Virus record (IMG/VR): IMGVR_UViG_3300035544_000079 | Location: 8,136 to 72,135 of that record | DNA length: 64,000 nt | Strand: one strand, 5' to 3' | Origin: a virus | Lineage: Duplodnaviria; Caudoviricetes | In this document: one piece after another, positions 59,223 through 64,000 of the stretch | How the letters are laid out: each line of letters opens with the position of its first letter | Numbering within the stretch: position 1 is the first letter of the stretch | Notes under the pieces: generated by a model | Told to the model about the DNA's origin: nothing | What the model saw: the letters and a program-made list of their open reading frames with translations, nothing else | Databases searched by the model: none | Translations under genes and position numbers: made by a program

Positions 59223-59993
59223 CTATCCTCCTAAAATATCTTTTAATAAATCTGTTTCTTTCTTTACTTTATCAGTAAAACCTATATTAATAATCTCTCT
59301 ACCTTTTATACTAACCTCTTTTTTTGAAGTAAGTATTACTAAAGTTTTATTAACAAAACATTCGTCCAATAATGCTTCAAACTTAGCTTTGTTAAAATCA
59401 CTTGAACTTAAAGTATTATAACTAAAAATACCTAAACAATCAACCTTAGCCATTTTACTGACTGAGCTGTCATAATCATTAAAATCTTTGAAATCATAAT
59501 CTAACTTAGCTCCAGTTGTTATAGTAATCTTTGTTTTAGTATTCTTGTTCTTAATCTTTTCATTAATACTATTCAGTAAAACACTTCCTGCTAATAACCC
59601 TTGTTCCCCTATTTGAGAATAAAGATTAATAATATAACCTTTATTAAGTAATTTATCAGAATTGTTTACTAATTGTTCCCAAAAATGTCTATTAGAATAT
59701 TTCTTTTCATTAAAGATTATACTCTTAGGTTGTGGATTAGTTTCTTCTAAAATAGGTTCTCTAGGTAAATTCTTTTTAAATACCAATGATTCTCCTTTCT
59801 GTATTATTTTATGGTGTATCTCTTGATACTCTTTTTCTCGGAATAGGCTGTTGATATTAATTCCTCTTAGGTATTCTTTGTAAGCCCATTTGATTGAATC
59901 AATACCTGTACAATACTTTTTAAGAGTATTAAATTCAATAAGTAACATTCCGAGGTTGTTTCTTGTGCTTTGGAAATAGTTAGGCTTTTTCAT
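59223..59993 (-). CDS. Possible degenerate DnaC/IstB-like loader
   Basis: AAA+-like C-terminal pattern (FEALLDECFVNKTLVILTS) but no intact Walker A or B. Confidence 0.3.
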   Translation of the reverse strand: MKKPNYFQSTRNNLGMLLIEFNTLKKYCTGIDSIKWAYKEYLRGININSLFREKEYQEIHHKIIQKGESLVFKKNLPREPILEETNPQPKSIIFNEKKYSNRHFWEQLVNNSDKLLNKGYIINLYSQIGEQGLLAGSVLLNSINEKIKNKNTKTKITITTGAKLDYDFKDFNDYDSSVSKMAKVDCLGIFSYNTLSSSDFNKAKFEALLDECFVNKTLVILTSKKEVSIKGREIINIGFTDKVKKETDLLKDILGG

Positions 59994-60259
59994 TACACTA
60001 AGTCAGAATTAAAACCAATATATTTAAAAAGTATATTTAATAATTCATATCCAAAGTTACCAAAAGTATAATATAATGAATTTTCATCTGAATCTTCTCC
60101 AAAGTATAAATCAACTGAATCATTATCAATTTGTATTTCCATACCTAACTTTTCCATTTGAACTTTGTTTGTAACAATATAGTCCAATACATCTAAATCT
60201 GTTTCACAATTTTTATCTAAATATTCTAAAGTTTCTTTTATTTTATTTATATTTTTCAT
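59993..60259 (-). CDS. Hypothetical protein
   Basis: 88 aa, operonic. Confidence 0.55.
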   Translation of the reverse strand: MKNINKIKETLEYLDKNCETDLDVLDYIVTNKVQMEKLGMEIQIDNDSVDLYFGEDSDENSLYYTFGNFGYELLNILFKYIGFNSDLV

Positions 60260-60484
60260 CTATCTCTCCTTTAACTTTCTAGTCTTACTATTATAATATC
60301 TTCTTACTAAATAAGACCTTAATAAACTAATTAAAGTAAAATAAAGTCCTATTAAAAGATTCTCTTGGAAAGTTACCTCAATATTAAATAAAGGAAAGAT
60401 TAATAACTGACTTATTAAAGCTGTTATATAACCTATAAAAATATTAGTTAAACTTTCCTTAAAACTTTCTAATTTAGTTTGCAT
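60260..60484 (-). CDS. Small two-TM membrane protein
   Basis: ESLTNIFIGY..LIFPLF..ISLLRSYLVRRYYN, a pattern often seen next to phage MTases. Confidence 0.7.
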   Translation of the reverse strand: MQTKLESFKESLTNIFIGYITALISQLLIFPLFNIEVTFQENLLIGLYFTLISLLRSYLVRRYYNSKTRKLKER

Positions 60485-61221
60485 AACTCTAATTGGTCTT
60501 TATGAATAAATAGTTTTTCAGTTGGTTTATATGTCTTACTTTGATTCATACTATTAGTAACTTCTTTCTCCCAAATACAAACAAAATCATTAGGGGCATT
60601 ATATTCTGATACATAAACAAAATGACCTTCATTAACTTTAGTCCTACACCACTCCCAAAACTTTTCATGGTTAAAATCTTTTGAAGTTATATATTGTTTA
60701 GTGTCTTTATAGGGAATATCGCAATATATAACTGAATTTTTAGGAATATGTAATTTATTATAGTTAGAATAAATAAAAGTAACATCCTTAAGATTTGATG
60801 ATTGCTTTTCAGTATTTCTAATTTGCTCAGAGATATAATCTCTTTGTGTTTTTCCTACTGAATGACCAGAATACCCACCATCAAAGAACCTACCATTATA
60901 ACTGCCCATCCATCCAATCCATCCAATAATAAATTTAGAAAAATTTTTAGTGGTTTCTTTATTATTATAATAACTTCTAGCTTCCGAATATAAATCTTTT
61001 GAAATTATTTTAGGTCTATTTAAATCATCCTGCAATCCTTTCCACATTTCAATTAAATATTCATTAAAGTCCCCTCCTATTCTTTTATCATACTCAATCT
61101 TATCTATCATATTAGCACCTCCTACAAAAGGCTCTACATAATAATTATCCCCATTTAAGTTCTTTTCTAAAAACGGCTTTAAATATTTTGCTATTCTATT
61201 CTTACTTCCCATATACTTCAT
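60469..61221 (-). CDS. D12-class DNA adenine methyltransferase (Dam-like)
   Basis: KYMGSK, YVEPFVGG, IYCDIPY. Confidence 0.88.
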   Translation of the reverse strand: MKYMGSKNRIAKYLKPFLEKNLNGDNYYVEPFVGGANMIDKIEYDKRIGGDFNEYLIEMWKGLQDDLNRPKIISKDLYSEARSYYNNKETTKNFSKFIIGWIGWMGSYNGRFFDGGYSGHSVGKTQRDYISEQIRNTEKQSSNLKDVTFIYSNYNKLHIPKNSVIYCDIPYKDTKQYITSKDFNHEKFWEWCRTKVNEGHFVYVSEYNAPNDFVCIWEKEVTNSMNQSKTYKPTEKLFIHKDQLELCKLN

Positions 61222-61242
61222 TAAATTTATCCTTTTAATCTC

Positions 61243-61431
61243 TTAATGTAATTTCCCATTAAAATCACCCGTCTTAATAGCACCTACACCAAAACCTCTT
61301 GACATGATTTCTTTACAAGAATCGCATTGTTGGGTATCTTTGTCTTTATCTTTTACTAACTTTTCTTTTTTAATATTATACTCTTGACAATCTTTGTTAT
61401 CACATATGTAATCAAATGTTTTGAAACTCAT
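61243..61431 (-). CDS. Zinc-ribbon (FmdB-like) protein
   Basis: FDYICDNKDC..CDSC..MSR. Confidence 0.65.
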   Translation of the reverse strand: MSFKTFDYICDNKDCQEYNIKKEKLVKDKDKDTQQCDSCKEIMSRGFGVGAIKTGDFNGKLH

Positions 61432-61457
61432 TCTTGTTCTCCTTTTAATAAATAACT

Positions 61458-61694
61458 TTAATAATGTTCCTCGAAGTTATCTCCAAGTACCTTTGTTTTA
61501 TCTTTGTTTTCAGAATTTATTATACATTCTTCTTCCTTAACCTTTGCTTTAGGACTTTCTGTGTTAATTATTGATTGAAGCTCTCCAATAGCAAAGTTTA
61601 GAAGGGAGGTTTTGATGGGGTTTGTTTTTAAAGCTTTGTTTATTAATTGGTTTGCTTTATTTAGTTTTTGTTGTGTTTTTTGATGTATTCCCAT
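61458..61694 (-). CDS. Hypothetical protein
   Basis: 78 aa. Confidence 0.5.
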   Translation of the reverse strand: MGIHQKTQQKLNKANQLINKALKTNPIKTSLLNFAIGELQSIINTESPKAKVKEEECIINSENKDKTKVLGDNFEEHY

Positions 61695-62494
61695 TTATAA
61701 CCTCCTGCATGCACTCTTTGATTATTACATACTTTCCAAATATTTTGATAAGCAATTCCAGTTAATCTCTCAGCTTCTCTTGTGTTAAAATATTCCCTAA
61801 TGAAATTACCCTCCATATCTAACTGCCTTACTCCTACATAATCAAATCTACTTTCTCCTTTGATTGTTGCTTCATTAGCCATTCTATCATTTTCTCCCCA
61901 ATTTACCATTTCTATATTATCTTTTAAATAAGTCTTAAAATTATTAAGTCTATCTACACTAGGTTTTTCATATTTAGCATAACCTGATTCAACCCATTTA
62001 TCATAATATTCGTGAAAAGCCTTTTGACTAAAACACCATTCAAAAAACCAATCTTTAGTGTAATTTGGCATATCCATATTTCTATTCTTACAAGATAATT
62101 TTTGACTATCCCATAATGTTTGAACAACCCGTTCTTTAGATTTAGCCCATTTATCTTTAAACTCTTTTCTACATTGCTTACAAATATAATGAACTCCTAT
62201 TTTTGATTGTTTATTCTTAACATAATTATCCGAGGATTTCCAAGTATCACAACTTGTACAAGTTAATCCTTTAATTTCATTTTTATATTCCCATTGTTTA
62301 TTTTTTGTTTTAGTTTTTAAACCCATTTCTTCTAATTCCATATCAATCAGACTTTTAAAATCAATAGCTTCTTCTAAAGTTTTGAAATTAATTCTTTTAA
62401 CTTCATAATTAATTTGTCCCCTATATTGGAAGGGTTCTCTCCCTCCAACCCACTCAATATTAGGTGGTAATGTTTTATTTATATTTCTACTCAA
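61661..62494 (-). CDS. Homing endonuclease (AP2-like N-terminus, Zn finger, HNH-like core, NUMOD1/IENR1 C-terminus)
   Basis: FKTLEEAI; CTSC..CKQC; KPSVDRL..NIEMVNWGEN; QLDMEGNFIREY..AERLTG..AGGYKW. Confidence 0.8.
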   Translation of the reverse strand: MSRNINKTLPPNIEWVGGREPFQYRGQINYEVKRINFKTLEEAIDFKSLIDMELEEMGLKTKTKNKQWEYKNEIKGLTCTSCDTWKSSDNYVKNKQSKIGVHYICKQCRKEFKDKWAKSKERVVQTLWDSQKLSCKNRNMDMPNYTKDWFFEWCFSQKAFHEYYDKWVESGYAKYEKPSVDRLNNFKTYLKDNIEMVNWGENDRMANEATIKGESRFDYVGVRQLDMEGNFIREYFNTREAERLTGIAYQNIWKVCNNQRVHAGGYKWEYIKKHNKN

Positions 62495-64000
62495 TTTTAT
62501 TATCCTTTTTAAACTTATTATATATTTCTAATTTTTCTTCTAATGTGCCTTTTAACTCACAACCTCCTTTTAGAGATTTTCCAAGTTCAGGTAAACCTTC
62601 TAAATTATATATTTGATTTTCCATAAAAGGTCTTTCCATTTCCTTTTGAATTACTTGACTTGCTTCAAATAAAATATCTTTATGACATTGAAAATAACAA
62701 GCATCATGCCAAGGAGTTAAAGGTTTTAAGTCCCATCCTTTCTCATATGCTATATTACATATATTAATCATTGCCCTATGTGTAATCCAACTTCCTGATT
62801 GAATGGTTGCATTATTTGATGATTTTATAGACTTACTTTGTATCTTTATATCTGAATGGTTTGCATCAGGTGTTAAAAGTTTAGCCCCCCCAATTAAATC
62901 CACATAACCTTCTTTTTTAGCTTTTAATTCTCTACTATCAAAAAATTCTTTAGCTTGTTTATGAGTTTCCCAAAAACCATCTACAATAGCTTCTCCATCT
63001 GTTTTAGGTATTCCTAAATCCCTAGCAAGTCCCATTCCTGAAATACCGAAAATACAACTAAAGTTAGCTGTTTTAGCAATGTGTCTTAAGTTAGGGTAAT
63101 TCTTTTTTACATACTTAATATCTTCTAACTTTGAGTTGTCTAAACCTTTTATATCTTTAAATAACTCAATACCTAAATTAGCTAGATTTATCCCCAGCCA
63201 ACTGTGTCCATCACCTTCAGCCTCTTCTCTAATTTTCATTAAGGCTTCGTCTTTTGAAATTAAAGTTAATTGGTTTCCTTCCAAATTTGTGATGTCGTCC
63301 CCTATAACAAAATACTCACTATCTTCAGGATAACCTAAAAAGTATTTAAAGTCAGAATCTCTTGGTACTTGTAAAATATTCACATCAGTCATTGATATTC
63401 TACCTGAAATAGTACCACTAATTCTATAAAAACCTCTTATTCTACCATCAATAGAGTTTTCAGATTTTCTTATATAAGGTTCATAAAAACTTGTAATTTC
63501 TTTCTCTAATTTAGCTACCTTTGAGAAGTAATTCAGAATATCTATTTTAGGATTTTCTTCTGCCCACTTAATACAAGTTTCAGAATCTACACTAACTAAA
63601 CCTGCTGAAGTTTCTTTCAATGGTTTCAAACCTAATACCTCTAAAAAGAGTACTCTTTTATGGTCAGTTGAGTTAGGGTTAAATTCTACATTAAAATTAA
63701 TACTTCCATATTTCCCTAAAGCTTTATCAGGTTTTTTACCTTTAAACTCTTCCCCTTGTTGTAGCTTATCTTGAACTTTTTTATTATACTGTTCCATTGC
63801 TTTTTTATAGTTCTTGTTATTAATAAAATTAACAGCCTCTTTTACTTTACCATTTTCAAAGATATTAGAGTATATTCTCTTTCTTTCTTTATACTTCTCA
63901 TTCAATAACTCTTTAGCTTTTTTAATATTAAAAGGTATCCCAATAACTTCCATATAAGATATTAACTTACTAAAGTCTTTATAAAAAGGTAAAAAAGATT
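62487..64000 (-). CDS. polA: Family A DNA polymerase (5' part beyond the window)
   Basis: TISGRISM..NILQVP, motif A DDITNLE, motif B RHIAKTANFSCIFG, motif C WHDA; frame stays open from 63953 to the window edge. Confidence 0.92.
   Translation of the reverse strand, partial: SFLPFYKDFSKLISYMEVIGIPFNIKKAKELLNEKYKERKRIYSNIFENGKVKEAVNFINNKNYKKAMEQYNKKVQDKLQQGEEFKGKKPDKALGKYGSINFNVEFNPNSTDHKRVLFLEVLGLKPLKETSAGLVSVDSETCIKWAEENPKIDILNYFSKVAKLEKEITSFYEPYIRKSENSIDGRIRGFYRISGTISGRISMTDVNILQVPRDSDFKYFLGYPEDSEYFVIGDDITNLEGNQLTLISKDEALMKIREEAEGDGHSWLGINLANLGIELFKDIKGLDNSKLEDIKYVKKNYPNLRHIAKTANFSCIFGISGMGLARDLGIPKTDGEAIVDGFWETHKQAKEFFDSRELKAKKEGYVDLIGGAKLLTPDANHSDIKIQSKSIKSSNNATIQSGSWITHRAMINICNIAYEKGWDLKPLTPWHDACYFQCHKDILFEASQVIQKEMERPFMENQIYNLEGLPELGKSLKGGCELKGTLEEKLEIYNKFKKDNKIE

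Noticed and set aside
61661-62494. Group I intron splitting polA
   Set aside because: PolA motif C and a plausible C-terminus are complete before the endonuclease, and no downstream exon is seen.
902-63333. Antisense or overlapping track ORFs (e.g. 902..1222, 1266..1652, 3553..3786, 13688..14017, 14848..15300, 16529..16960, 44414..44698, 55156..55413)
   Set aside because: They lie opposite or inside well-supported genes, lack SDs and have shadow-frame composition.
1-64000. tRNA/rRNA genes and a second DGR target
   Set aside because: No cloverleaf with T-loop consensus and no second TR-like segment found by eye; tRNAscan-SE and a BLASTn of the TR would be needed to exclude them.

Overview
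64-kb slice of a very AT-rich, long-tailed (siphovirus-like) dsDNA phage genome. Spanins, nrdAB/thyX type and the promoter style suggest a Gram-negative, possibly Campylobacterota, host (inference). Layout: a minus-strand nucleotide-metabolism block (1-12.3 kb; nrdB, intein-split nrdA, ClpP-like, thyX); a plus-strand morphogenesis and lysis operon (12.9-41.5 kb; terminase to GH108 endolysin); and a minus-strand replication/recombination block (41.5-64 kb; Rad50/Mre11-like pair, 5'-3' exonuclease, two adenine MTases, PolA cut by the window edge). Best-supported highlight: a complete diversity-generating retroelement at 34.9-37.7 kb (tail/receptor-binding target, VR 36223-36334, TR 36399-36507, RT) with 23 of 24 substitutions at TR adenines, one extra codon in VR and no recognisable Avd. 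Less expected signals: two paralogous minimal PolA-palm (TV-Pol-like) genes bracketing the virion module, both apparently starting at ATA codons; a wider set of non-AUG starts; a ~320-nt structured leader RNA closed by a 22-bp helix upstream of a coiled-coil gene; a 40-bp motif shared by the two regions upstream of the Pol-like genes; an HNH gene with an in-frame TGA at a zinc-ligand Cys; a -1 frameshift tail chaperone; and an iteron-like array. All family names come from motif recognition by eye; no searches were run.
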